From Desulfatiglandales bacterium (GTDB lineage: Bacteria; Desulfobacterota; DSM-4660; Desulfatiglandales; Desulfatiglandaceae): DNA of 64,000 bases. Of this stretch, positions 19,855 to 29,226 are shown piece after piece. The stretch lies in NCBI GenBank assembly GCA_963666345.1, contig OY762721.1, positions 2,336,001-2,400,000 of the forward strand. Reading direction: 5' to 3'. The notes beneath the pieces were generated by a model, which saw only the letters and a program-made list of their open reading frames with translations, was not told where the DNA came from and searched no databases. Position 1 is the first letter of the stretch. Each line of letters opens with the position of its first letter. The position numbers were made by a program, and so were the translations under genes.

Positions 19855-20595
19855 ATGGCCAAAAGGAAGACAGATTTTTCAAACGGTCGAAGCCTGAATT
19901 CCGGTGCATGGCTGGTGACATTTTCAGACCTTATTATGCTTCTTCTAACCTTTTTTGTATTGCTTCTTACCATGTCCTCAATGGATACAAAATTGCTTAA
20001 AGAAACATTCGCCCATTTTAAAGGAGGCGCTCCCGGTGTGCTTGAGTTGGTTGAATCAAAAGAAATAGATGGTTTAGCCGAATTTATAACAAACTTTAGA
20101 AGTTCCGAGGGTTTATTGGTGCTTGACCAGGATCGCATTAAACGCCTTCTCATACCTACGGAAAAATCAGGTGAAAATGCGGCGGAGAGGGTAAAGAAAT
20201 TCTATGAACAGATCAAGATATCAGATGATGACAGAGGAATAGTTCTATCCTTTCAGGAAAATGTCCTCTTTGAATCAGGATCGGTCGTCATCAAAGAGGA
20301 CGCAGTGCCTTTTTTGAACTCAATGGCCAAGGCGATAGAATCCTGTTCCAATGATATTATCATTACGGGCCATACGGATGGTATTCCTGTTAAAACAGGG
20401 GCGTATCAATCAAACTGGCATCTTTCATTACGCAGAGGCCTTTCTGTTCTTGAATATCTTTTAGGTGATAGAAGGCTTCCTCCGGAACGTTTTGCTTTAG
20501 GGGCGTATGGTGCTGTTAAACCTCTGCATCCAAACAATTCTCCCGAAAACAGGGCGCTTAACAGAAGAGTCGAGATAATCTTTAAACATTTGTAA
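19855..20595 (+). CDS. motB: Stator B subunit (MotB/PomB type)
   Basis: WLVTFSDLIMLLLTFFVLL, GHTD, SNWHLS, NRRVEI. Confidence 0.92.
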   Translation: MAKRKTDFSNGRSLNSGAWLVTFSDLIMLLLTFFVLLLTMSSMDTKLLKETFAHFKGGAPGVLELVESKEIDGLAEFITNFRSSEGLLVLDQDRIKRLLIPTEKSGENAAERVKKFYEQIKISDDDRGIVLSFQENVLFESGSVVIKEDAVPFLNSMAKAIESCSNDIIITGHTDGIPVKTGAYQSNWHLSLRRGLSVLEYLLGDRRLPPERFALGAYGAVKPLHPNNSPENRALNRRVEIIFKHL

Positions 20596-20606
20596 GGAGC
20601 TATAAT

Positions 20607-21095
20607 ATGGTGGAAGAAAATGATCCTAAAGAAGAAAAGACTAAGCGGTCCTTTCCTAAATTTGTGATTTTGGGAATCTTGGTGGTCGCTCTCGGTGCCG
20701 GTGGTTATTTTGGATGGAATATGTTTGTAGAGCAGACCAAAACCGAGAAACAAACGTCGGAGCATCCTCAAATAGAGGAGCAAGATAAGACCTCTGCAAT
20801 TCCTCTTGACTCCTTTATCATCAATCTCATGGATAAATCCGGATCAGGCAAAAGATATCTGAAGGTCGGGATAATCCTCGAGATCGGCGGGCAGAAACAG
20901 GGATCGGCAATTGAAAAATTCAAGCCACAAATAAGGGATACCATACTTCTTCTGCTTTCAAGCAAATCCTTTGGAGAGATCAGCACAATGGAGGGCAAGC
21001 TCGGATTAAAACAGGAACTCCTATCGAGGATCAATCAGATTTTGGGTGAGGTTATCGTTAGCAGGATCTATTTCACGGAATTTGTGGTGCAATAG
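20607..21095 (+). CDS. fliL: Basal-body associated protein FliL
   Basis: N-terminal TM, FIINL, RYLKV, IRDTILLLL, IYFTEFVVQ. Confidence 0.95.
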   Translation: MVEENDPKEEKTKRSFPKFVILGILVVALGAGGYFGWNMFVEQTKTEKQTSEHPQIEEQDKTSAIPLDSFIINLMDKSGSGKRYLKVGIILEIGGQKQGSAIEKFKPQIRDTILLLLSSKSFGEISTMEGKLGLKQELLSRINQILGEVIVSRIYFTEFVVQ

Positions 21096-21103
21096 GGAAG
21101 GTC

Positions 21104-22075
21104 ATGGGGAATATTTTATCACAGGACGAGGTCGACTCCCTTCTTGGCGGAATAGGCAGTGGGAGCGTTGAAACTGAAACGGATATCCCTGAAAAAACCG
21201 AGGGAGTTGAGGTATATAATTTTGGTACGCTGGCCGGTCCAATAAATATGCCCGTCCTTCAAGTGATTAATGAAAGATTCATCGGTTTTCTAAGGAACAG
21301 CCTTTCTCTAGCAACGGGATCCGACGTGGATGTAAAACTGTCCACTAACGAGTTGGTTGATTTTAACGGCTTCTGCCGTTCCCTTCCCCTTCCTGCAAGT
21401 CTGAATATCTTCAAAATCGAACCCTTAAGGGGTTCAGCCATGCTTGTCGTGGAAGGTCCCCTTGTATTTTCCTTTGTTGACATCTTTTTCGGGGGAAAGG
21501 GCCTGGGTCATGTCAAACTTGAAGGAAGAGCTTTTACGGCCATTGAATCAAAGATTATAGAGAAGATAACCAAGATAGCCTTGGAAGACCTGCAGCAGGC
21601 ATGGTTAGATGTTCATAAGGTGAAAATAGTCTACTCACACTCCGAGATTGATCCTCAATTTACGCCGATTGTACAACCGGCCGAAATGGTAATCGCGATC
21701 AAGTTTATGATAACACTGGCAAACGAGTCCGGATCAATAAGTATCTGTATCCCCTATTCCACGGTTGAACCGATAAGAGACAAACTCAAAAAGAAATTCC
21801 GGGATGAAAGATTAGAAGTCGATGACAGGTGTCGGAAACATATCATAAATAAAATTAGGCAAGCGACTGTGAATTTGAATTGCATTATGGGAACTTCAAA
21901 AATAAGCGCCGGAGAATTGATAGGGATGAAAGTTAATGACGTTATATTGCTGGATCATAAAATAAGCGATGCAATGATTGTCAATGTCGAGGGTGTTCCG
22001 AAATTCAAGGGTCATCCAGGTTCCTATAGCAGCAATAAGGCCATAAGGATAACTGAAAGATTTGATAAGGAGTAA
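21104..22075 (+). CDS. fliM: Motor switch protein FliM
   Basis: ILSQDEVDSLL CheY-binding peptide, FFGG, IPYSTVEPI, C-terminal SPOA domain. Confidence 0.96.
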   Translation: MGNILSQDEVDSLLGGIGSGSVETETDIPEKTEGVEVYNFGTLAGPINMPVLQVINERFIGFLRNSLSLATGSDVDVKLSTNELVDFNGFCRSLPLPASLNIFKIEPLRGSAMLVVEGPLVFSFVDIFFGGKGLGHVKLEGRAFTAIESKIIEKITKIALEDLQQAWLDVHKVKIVYSHSEIDPQFTPIVQPAEMVIAIKFMITLANESGSISICIPYSTVEPIRDKLKKKFRDERLEVDDRCRKHIINKIRQATVNLNCIMGTSKISAGELIGMKVNDVILLDHKISDAMIVNVEGVPKFKGHPGSYSSNKAIRITERFDKE

Positions 22076-22078
22076 AAA

Positions 22079-22411
22079 ATGAGTGAAAACGGGGAAATGG
22101 AGGGTAGCGGTCAAGCAGGGCCTTTGAATGAAAATGAGTCAGGTCAAAAGGAATATGATATCGATCTCATCCTTGATATACCCCTTGACGTATCCGTTGA
22201 ATTGGGGAAGGTCAAGATGATTGTTAACGATTTGATTCAGTTGGGGCAGGGATCAATCGTAGATCTGGAAAAACCGGTGGGCGAACCTCTCGAGATATAC
22301 GTAAACGGTAAACTGGTCGCCAGGGGTGAAGTCGTGGTCGTAGATGAAAAATATGGCATAAGAGTGATCGATGTTGTCAGCCCCGCTGAAAGGGTGAAAT
22401 CTTTGGGCTGA
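22079..22411 (+). CDS. fliN: Motor switch protein FliN
   Basis: ILDIPLDVSVELG, ARGEVVVVDEKYGIRV. Confidence 0.96.
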   Translation: MSENGEMEGSGQAGPLNENESGQKEYDIDLILDIPLDVSVELGKVKMIVNDLIQLGQGSIVDLEKPVGEPLEIYVNGKLVARGEVVVVDEKYGIRVIDVVSPAERVKSLG

Positions 22412-22490
22412 TCCGGATAAGCTATCCCGAAAGCCAGCTTAAGATCGTAAAACGATACGGGGAAAAACTTTAAAACTAGAGGCGTTGAAA

Positions 22491-22787
22491 ATGGATGGAA
22501 TATCGGAATTTAACATGATCAGCACGGGTATTAAGACAACCGCCATGCTTTTTATCGTTCTCGGTTTCCTGATTCTCATCCTCTACCTCATGAAAAGATT
22601 CCTGTTTATAAGGAAAGAGGTAAAAGGGAATTTGGCCATAAAGGTCCTTTCTTCACTCCATCTATCGTCAAAAGAAAGGGTTGAGGTTGTAGAAATTTGC
22701 GGTGAAAGGATCGTGCTGGGTATTGCACCGGGCAGGATTAATTATTTGATCAAGCTTAGTGACTCAAACGGGGAAACGGAAAAATAA
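22491..22787 (+). CDS. fliO: Export protein FliO
   Basis: Single TM, LSSKERVEVVE..IVLGI; lies between fliN and fliP. Confidence 0.85.
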   Translation: MDGISEFNMISTGIKTTAMLFIVLGFLILILYLMKRFLFIRKEVKGNLAIKVLSSLHLSSKERVEVVEICGERIVLGIAPGRINYLIKLSDSNGETEK

Positions 22788-23552
22788 ATGCAACCAAATA
22801 AAATCATAAGGGTTTTCACCCTTTTCCTGATTCTTTGCGTTTTATTTTCAGGTAACACATCGGCCGGGGATTTCCCTCTTCCATCGTTTAACATAGGGAT
22901 AGAGAAGGGAAATGATCCGGGTGACGTTTCCGTTTTACTCCAGATTATATTCTTCTTAACTATTTTAACCCTTGCGCCTGCAATCCTTATACTTATGACA
23001 TGTTTTACCAGGGTGGTTGTCGTTTTTTCATTTTTGAGGCATGCCCTGGGTACCCAACAGACGCCCTCCAACCAGATTATTGCCGGCCTCGCTTTATTCC
23101 TGACCTTTTTTATTATGATGCCGGTCTGGCAACAGGTTAACAGTAATGCATTGCAGCCATACCTCAATGAGGAGATTTCTCAGGAAGTCGCACTGAAAGA
23201 GGCTGTACAGCCTGTCCGGCAGTTTATGTTCAAACAGACGCGGGAAAAGGATCTTGCTCTGTTCGTGGATATGGCAGAGGTGAAAAGGCCCAAAAACCGT
23301 GAGGACGTTCCCACGTCGGTTCTCATCCCCGCCTTCGTCATTAGTGAACTAAAAACCGCTTTTATTATCGGATTCGCCTTATTTGTGCCTTTCCTGATCA
23401 TCGATATGGTGGTGGCAAGCGTTTTGCTCAGCATGGGTATGATGATGCTGCCGCCGATCATGATTTCCCTCCCGTTTAAGCTTATGCTTTTCGTCTTGGT
23501 TGATGGTTGGTACCTGATAGTCGGATCACTTGTAAAGAGTTTCACGGGATAG
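22788..23552 (+). CDS. fliP: Export gate protein FliP
   Basis: MTCFTRVVVV, PAFVISELKTAF, GMMMLPP, LFVLVDGW. Confidence 0.97.
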   Translation: MQPNKIIRVFTLFLILCVLFSGNTSAGDFPLPSFNIGIEKGNDPGDVSVLLQIIFFLTILTLAPAILILMTCFTRVVVVFSFLRHALGTQQTPSNQIIAGLALFLTFFIMMPVWQQVNSNALQPYLNEEISQEVALKEAVQPVRQFMFKQTREKDLALFVDMAEVKRPKNREDVPTSVLIPAFVISELKTAFIIGFALFVPFLIIDMVVASVLLSMGMMMLPPIMISLPFKLMLFVLVDGWYLIVGSLVKSFTG

Positions 23553-23581
23553 CAGTAATTGACAGGCCGCGAGGAAAGAAT

Positions 23582-23851
23582 ATGACACCGGAATTTGTCG
23601 TCACTTTAGCACAGGAAGCGATTAAAACGACCATACTTGTATCTTTGCCCATGCTGGGTCTTGGGCTTGCCGTAGGTCTTATCGTAAGCATATTCCAGGC
23701 GGTTACCCAGATCAATGAAATGACACTGACATTCGTTCCAAAGATATTGATTGTGTTGTTGTCCCTTCTGGTTTTTGCCAGCTGGATGATTGAACATTTG
23801 ATGGTTTTTGCCACCACTACTATCGAACAGATACCGTATTATATAAGGTAA
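23582..23851 (+). CDS. fliQ: Export gate protein FliQ
   Basis: FQAVTQINEMTLTFVPK; ATG at 23582. Confidence 0.96.
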   Translation: MTPEFVVTLAQEAIKTTILVSLPMLGLGLAVGLIVSIFQAVTQINEMTLTFVPKILIVLLSLLVFASWMIEHLMVFATTTIEQIPYYIR

Positions 23852-24633
23852 TGGATTTTTTGCCGATACAATATCAAGAGATCAGGTCATTCCTCCCTAT
23901 ATTAATAAGGGTTAGCGTTATTATGCTCATGTTTCCGTTTTTTAATTCAAGGGCTTTCCCTGTTTTAGCCAAGGCGGGACTTGCTCTTATAATAGCCATA
24001 ATACTCTTTCCGGTTATAGATGGTAAGGGATTCGAGTTCCCCGTTACACTGTACGGAATTTTTCAAATGATAACGTCGGAGTTCATAATAGGCATGATTC
24101 TGGGAATATCGGTTCAGATACTTTTTGAGGGGGTCAGGATAATGGGGCAAGTCGTAGGTTTTCAAACAGGCTTTGCAATCACCAATATCCTCGACCCACA
24201 AAGTGGCACGCAGGTTTCTATCATCTCAAATATGGCATATCTCTGCGCCATGGTACTTTTTCTTGTTTTAAACGGCCACCATATATTGCTGGATGCGATG
24301 AGGGATAGCTTTCAGATTATAAATGTGGGTTCGTTGAAGCTGGACGGAGGGATATTTCAGGCAGTTGTGCAGGCTTCAGGCGGCATGTTCGTTATAGCAA
24401 TAAAGATAGGTGCGCCGGCTATTGCCATCCTGCTGTTTGTGCAGGTGGCATTCGGCCTTATTACAAAACTCATACCACAGATGAATATCATGATCGTGGC
24501 ATATCCCGTTCAGATAGTTATGGGCCTTGTATCCTTCGGCATATGTTTGAATATGCTTCTTTTATTTATGGAAAGATATCTGGGATGTCTTAGTTCTCAT
24601 TTAATCAACGCTATGAACTTGCTGAAGGCATAG
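23851..24633 (+). CDS. fliR: Export gate protein FliR
   Basis: GFQTGFAITNILDP, LNGHH, PQMNI; multiple TM segments. Confidence 0.95.
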   Translation: MDFLPIQYQEIRSFLPILIRVSVIMLMFPFFNSRAFPVLAKAGLALIIAIILFPVIDGKGFEFPVTLYGIFQMITSEFIIGMILGISVQILFEGVRIMGQVVGFQTGFAITNILDPQSGTQVSIISNMAYLCAMVLFLVLNGHHILLDAMRDSFQIINVGSLKLDGGIFQAVVQASGGMFVIAIKIGAPAIAILLFVQVAFGLITKLIPQMNIMIVAYPVQIVMGLVSFGICLNMLLLFMERYLGCLSSHLINAMNLLKA

Positions 24634-24682
24634 TTTTTGACGAATGCATCAAACTTAATATCATCTAAGGCGGACCTGAAAA

Positions 24683-25759
24683 ATGGCTGAAAAAAGCTAT
24701 GAAGACAAGACCGAGAAGGCTACTCCTAAAAGGAGACAGGAAGCCAGGAAAAAGGGGCAGGTAGCAAAAAGCAGGGAACTGCCTTCCGTAGCTGTTCTTT
24801 CAGCCAGCCTGATTACATTATCCACCTTCGTATCCTATATGTACTCTCATATTAGAACCATTATGGGAAGGTCCTTTTCTTTTTCCGTTTGCAATAATTT
24901 TAATACACAAGATTTTATAGCCTTTGGCCGGGAGATGGTTACCCTGTTTATCATGACGTTAGCCCCTCTTTTCGTGGCGATTGTTATCGCAGCGGTCCTG
25001 TTCAATGTTATGCAGGTTGGCTTTTTGCTTTCATCGGAATCGATCAAGCCTAAAATATCGAAGTTGAACCCGATTAAGGGCTTTGGAAGGCTTTTTTCAA
25101 AACAGTCGTTTATGGAACTGTTCAAATCCTTGATGAAGCTGACGATTGTCGGAGGAGTCGGATATCTCACGATAAAGGGTGAAATCAAAAATGTTTCATT
25201 CCTGGGAGATATGGAATTGCATTCAATTATTGCATATACCCTTGCGGCCATCTTCAAACTTTTTGTCACATGCACAATTGCCATGATTGTTATTGTAGCC
25301 ATTGATTATGCATTCCAGAAGTGGGATTTTGAAAAAAAGCTCAGGATGAGTAAAAAGGAAATAAAGGACGAACTGAAAAAAACCGAAGGAGATCCGCTTA
25401 TAAAATCAAGGATAAGAAGCATTCAAATGCGGATGGCCAGACAGAGAATGATGCACGAAGTTCCCAATGCCGATGTGGTAATTACCAACCCTACCCGTCT
25501 TGCAGTTGCCTTGAAGTACGATGGCCTCGTCATGAATGCGCCTAAATTACTTGCAAAAGGGGCCGGCGGGACTGCCAAAAGGATAAAGGATTTAGCGGGA
25601 AAACATGGTATCCCAATCATAGAAAACAAGGAACTTGCCAGGAGTCTGTATTCCTTGGTCGAAATAGGTAAAGAAGTGCCTGGAGTCCTATACCAGTCTG
25701 TTGCCGAGATTTTGGCTTACGTTTACAGGCTCAAGGATAAAGGCAGGGGCACAATCTAA
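24683..25759 (+). CDS. flhB: Export switch protein FlhB
   Basis: KTEKATPKR, GQVAKSRE, EGDPLIK, ITNPTRLAVALKY. Confidence 0.96.
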   Translation: MAEKSYEDKTEKATPKRRQEARKKGQVAKSRELPSVAVLSASLITLSTFVSYMYSHIRTIMGRSFSFSVCNNFNTQDFIAFGREMVTLFIMTLAPLFVAIVIAAVLFNVMQVGFLLSSESIKPKISKLNPIKGFGRLFSKQSFMELFKSLMKLTIVGGVGYLTIKGEIKNVSFLGDMELHSIIAYTLAAIFKLFVTCTIAMIVIVAIDYAFQKWDFEKKLRMSKKEIKDELKKTEGDPLIKSRIRSIQMRMARQRMMHEVPNADVVITNPTRLAVALKYDGLVMNAPKLLAKGAGGTAKRIKDLAGKHGIPIIENKELARSLYSLVEIGKEVPGVLYQSVAEILAYVYRLKDKGRGTI

Positions 25760-25776
25760 AAAAACATATAAGAAAG

Positions 25777-27876
25777 ATGAAAAACAATATGCAGGATATT
25801 ACGGCATCAAGATCTAAGTTCGCTTCCGCCAGCGAGGTCATGACGGTCATTGGAGTTGTTACTGTCCTTGTGGTCATGATCATTCCGCTGCCTTCGATGC
25901 TTCTCGATCTTTTTCTTGCCCTTAATATCACCATAGCAATAACCATACTCTTGATTTCCATGTATACCGTAAGTGCCCTGGATTTTGCCATATTTCCATC
26001 CCTTCTTCTTGTGACTACTCTCTTCAGGCTTTCCCTTAATGTGGCATCTACCCGATTGATCCTTCTCCATGGTAATGAAGGCGCTTTGGCCGCTGGGAAG
26101 GTTATCAGGTCATTCGGGAGTTTTGTGGTCGGCGGCAATTATGTCGTAGGCATGATTGTCTTTATTATCCTGGTTATTATCAATTTTGTGGTTATCACAA
26201 AAGGGGCGACCAGGATCGCCGAGGTTGCTGCAAGGTTTACTCTTGATTCGATGCCCGGCAAGCAAATGAGTATCGATGCGGACCTGAACGCCGGCATTAT
26301 AGATGAAAATGAAGCGAAACAGCGCAGAAAGATGGTAACGAGAGAGGCCGAATTCAATGGAGCAATGGATGGTGCGGCCAAATTTGTAAGAGGAGACGCC
26401 ATAGCTGGCATAATAATTACCCTTATAAATATCATCGGTGGACTTATAGTCGGTGTTCTCCAGCAGAAGATGGCGATTATTGACGCTGCCCAGAATTATA
26501 CCCTCTTGACTGTCGGTGACGGCCTGGTTTCACAGATTCCCGCACTTATAATATCAACGGCCGCGGGAATTGTTGTGAGCCGGGCGGCTTCAGAAGGTAC
26601 TATGGGAGCGGATTTTGCCGATCAGTTCTTTAAACATCCAAAGGCGGTTTATCTTTCCGCTCTTACCATATTTTTCTTCGGTCTCATTCCGGGGCTGCCG
26701 CACATCCCCTTTATAATGTTATCCGCTCTGATCGCAGGAGGTCTTTATCTTTTGAGAAGAGAAAAGACAGCACGGAAGACAAAGGAGATTTCAGGCAAAC
26801 AGCTGGAAAAGCCGGAGGTGGGACCGGAGCCGGTTGAACATCTGCTGCTGGTTGATACTCTTGAGGTAGAAGTCGGATACGGCCTGATAGGTCTTGTAGA
26901 CAGGGAGCAGGGAGGCGAATTCCTTGATAGGGTGAGATCAATAAGGAGGCAGTTCGCACTCGAAATGGGGTTGATTATACCTCCGATCCATATCAGGGAT
27001 AACCTCCAGATAAAACCATCCGAATACCGGATACTTCTTAAGGGGGTCAAAATAGCCGGTGCGGAACTAATGGTAAATCATTATCTGGCAATGAATCCCG
27101 GAGGAGCTACAAGAAAAATTGAAGGGGTAGATACAAAGGAACCCGCATTCAATTTATCTGCATCCTGGATACCAAAGGACAAAAGAGAAGAGGCGAAGCT
27201 GGCGGGTTATACGGTAGTTGATAATGTCACGGTAATGGCGACCCATTTGACTGAGATTATTAGAAAACACTCATCGGAAATGCTCGGGAGACAGGATGTT
27301 CAGAATCTCCTGGATAACCTGATCAAGCAATATCCGAAAGCGGTTGAGGAACTGGTCCCAAATCTTCTTTCTTTGGGTGGAGTACAAAAAGTCCTTCAAA
27401 ATCTTCTGGAAGAGCAGATATCCATAAAGGATATGTTGACTATAGTTGAGACGCTTGCTGACTACGCCCCATTGACCAAGGATCCGGAGCTTTTGACCGA
27501 ATATGTCAGGCACAAACTTTCCCGATCTTTTATCAGCCCGCACATCGGAGAAGATGGTGTGTTGAAACTGATAACCATGGCACACGATGTGGAGGATTTG
27601 CTTCAAAAGGGCATCCAGAGAACGGAACATGGTTCATATCTTTCAATAGATCCGAAGGTTGCAGATCCCATTATTACTTCCATCAAAAGGGAGTCGGAAA
27701 AGGCCATGGCAAAAAACGTACAACCGATTCTTATGACATCTCCCACCCTGAGAAGGCATCTAAAAAAGATGGTTGAATATTTCATACCTTCTTTAATGGT
27801 TTTGTCTCAGAGTGAGCTCTTGAGTGATATACGGTTTAAATCCATCGGAGAGGTAAGTTTGAACTATGCAGACTAA
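25777..27876 (+). CDS. flhA: Export protein FlhA
   Basis: EVAARFTLDSMPGKQMSIDADLNAG, GAMDGAAKFVRGDAIAG. Confidence 0.98.
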   Translation: MKNNMQDITASRSKFASASEVMTVIGVVTVLVVMIIPLPSMLLDLFLALNITIAITILLISMYTVSALDFAIFPSLLLVTTLFRLSLNVASTRLILLHGNEGALAAGKVIRSFGSFVVGGNYVVGMIVFIILVIINFVVITKGATRIAEVAARFTLDSMPGKQMSIDADLNAGIIDENEAKQRRKMVTREAEFNGAMDGAAKFVRGDAIAGIIITLINIIGGLIVGVLQQKMAIIDAAQNYTLLTVGDGLVSQIPALIISTAAGIVVSRAASEGTMGADFADQFFKHPKAVYLSALTIFFFGLIPGLPHIPFIMLSALIAGGLYLLRREKTARKTKEISGKQLEKPEVGPEPVEHLLLVDTLEVEVGYGLIGLVDREQGGEFLDRVRSIRRQFALEMGLIIPPIHIRDNLQIKPSEYRILLKGVKIAGAELMVNHYLAMNPGGATRKIEGVDTKEPAFNLSASWIPKDKREEAKLAGYTVVDNVTVMATHLTEIIRKHSSEMLGRQDVQNLLDNLIKQYPKAVEELVPNLLSLGGVQKVLQNLLEEQISIKDMLTIVETLADYAPLTKDPELLTEYVRHKLSRSFISPHIGEDGVLKLITMAHDVEDLLQKGIQRTEHGSYLSIDPKVADPIITSIKRESEKAMAKNVQPILMTSPTLRRHLKKMVEYFIPSLMVLSQSELLSDIRFKSIGEVSLNYAD

Positions 27877-28972
27877 TACATACCGTGCCAAAACAATCAA
27901 GGAGGCCACTGCAAAGGTTAGGAATTGTCTCGGTCCGGATGCAATGATAATTTCAACCAAAAGATTGAGTGAAGGTGACGGGGATGACCTGTTTGAAATA
28001 TCTGCAGTGCCTGGAGAGACGGATATTTCCGGAAAATATTCAGGTTCCTTGGCTGAAGTGAACGCCCAGTTGATGAGTATAAAAGATCTAATATCTCTTC
28101 TGAATCGTCCGGATTCTTCAATTGAACATCTGGTGATGAATCCTGTCGCCCTCGGTTTTTATGCAAAATTGATCAGGGAGGGAGTCGATGAATCATTGGC
28201 AAGAAACATCCTGGAAGTAGCCGGAACGATCAAAGATGGTTTCGGCAATAACAGTGATAACGTCAGAGAGAAAGCAATTGGTCATTTAATGCGGATTATA
28301 GATGTAAGAGATCCCTTTGAGATAAAAAACAACGGTCGAATCATAGCGGCATTTATTGGAACGACGGGTGTAGGAAAAACAACAACAATTGCAAAACTGG
28401 CTGCGCAGCTCATGCTTAAGGCCGGTAAAAAGGTGGGTTTAATCTCAATTGACACTTATCGAATAGGGGCCATGGAACAACTTAAGACCTATGCGAATAT
28501 ATTGGGTATCCCATGTTTTCAGGCATTTAAGCGGAAGGATTTACTATTCGCTATTAGAAAACTGGAAGACAGCGATGTCATTTTGATCGATACGGCGGGA
28601 AGGAGCCAGTACGATAATTCCAGGATAGAGGAACTCAAAACAATGCTTGGCGGTGATTCGGATATCAGCTCTCATCTACTACTAAGTATCGGAACTAAAC
28701 AGACGGAAATGTTTAAGACGGCAATGAGTTTCAGTCCACTGAGATTTCAGACCTATGTGTTTACAAAGATCGATGAAGCGGAGAGGATTGGCTCTCTTAT
28801 AAATCAGGTAACGAAAATTAGACTGCCTGTTTCGTACATTACTACCGGACAGAATGTTCCGGAAGATATTGAGCCGGCGAATAAGAAAAGCATTTTAAAA
28901 ATGTTGCTGAATAACAAACATGAAGGGCCGTTTTCTTTCAGCGGTTTGGATTTCCAACATTTCGGGGTTTAG
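27866..28972 (+). CDS. flhF: SRP-type GTPase FlhF
   Basis: GVGKTTTIAKLAA, DTYRIGA, DTAG, TKIDE, GQNVPEDI. Confidence 0.96.
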   Translation: MQTNTYRAKTIKEATAKVRNCLGPDAMIISTKRLSEGDGDDLFEISAVPGETDISGKYSGSLAEVNAQLMSIKDLISLLNRPDSSIEHLVMNPVALGFYAKLIREGVDESLARNILEVAGTIKDGFGNNSDNVREKAIGHLMRIIDVRDPFEIKNNGRIIAAFIGTTGVGKTTTIAKLAAQLMLKAGKKVGLISIDTYRIGAMEQLKTYANILGIPCFQAFKRKDLLFAIRKLEDSDVILIDTAGRSQYDNSRIEELKTMLGGDSDISSHLLLSIGTKQTEMFKTAMSFSPLRFQTYVFTKIDEAERIGSLINQVTKIRLPVSYITTGQNVPEDIEPANKKSILKMLLNNKHEGPFSFSGLDFQHFGV

Positions 28973-29226
28973 GGCGACTGGGTCAATTGCTTCTTACCCC
29001 GAAATAAGAAATTCCCGGATGAATCGCTCGGCAATCATCTTAATTTAAGGTTTTCCCATGGTTTTTGCTTTCAGCTGACGGCCGATTGTTTTTCGCAAGA
29101 ATCCGGGAAAGAGCCTTTCCGGATGAACACAAAGAAATTTAAATCCGGCCTTATAATTTTTCCAAGCCGGAAGCTGCAACTCCAAGATCCTTAAGCCTAA
29201 ATAATTTTTTATCGGAGAATAAAAGG

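Noticed and set aside
29053..29088. Sigma54- or sigma28-like words before flhG
   Set aside because: TTCCCATGGTTTTTGCT lacks the -24 GG, and GCCGATTG has no matching -35.
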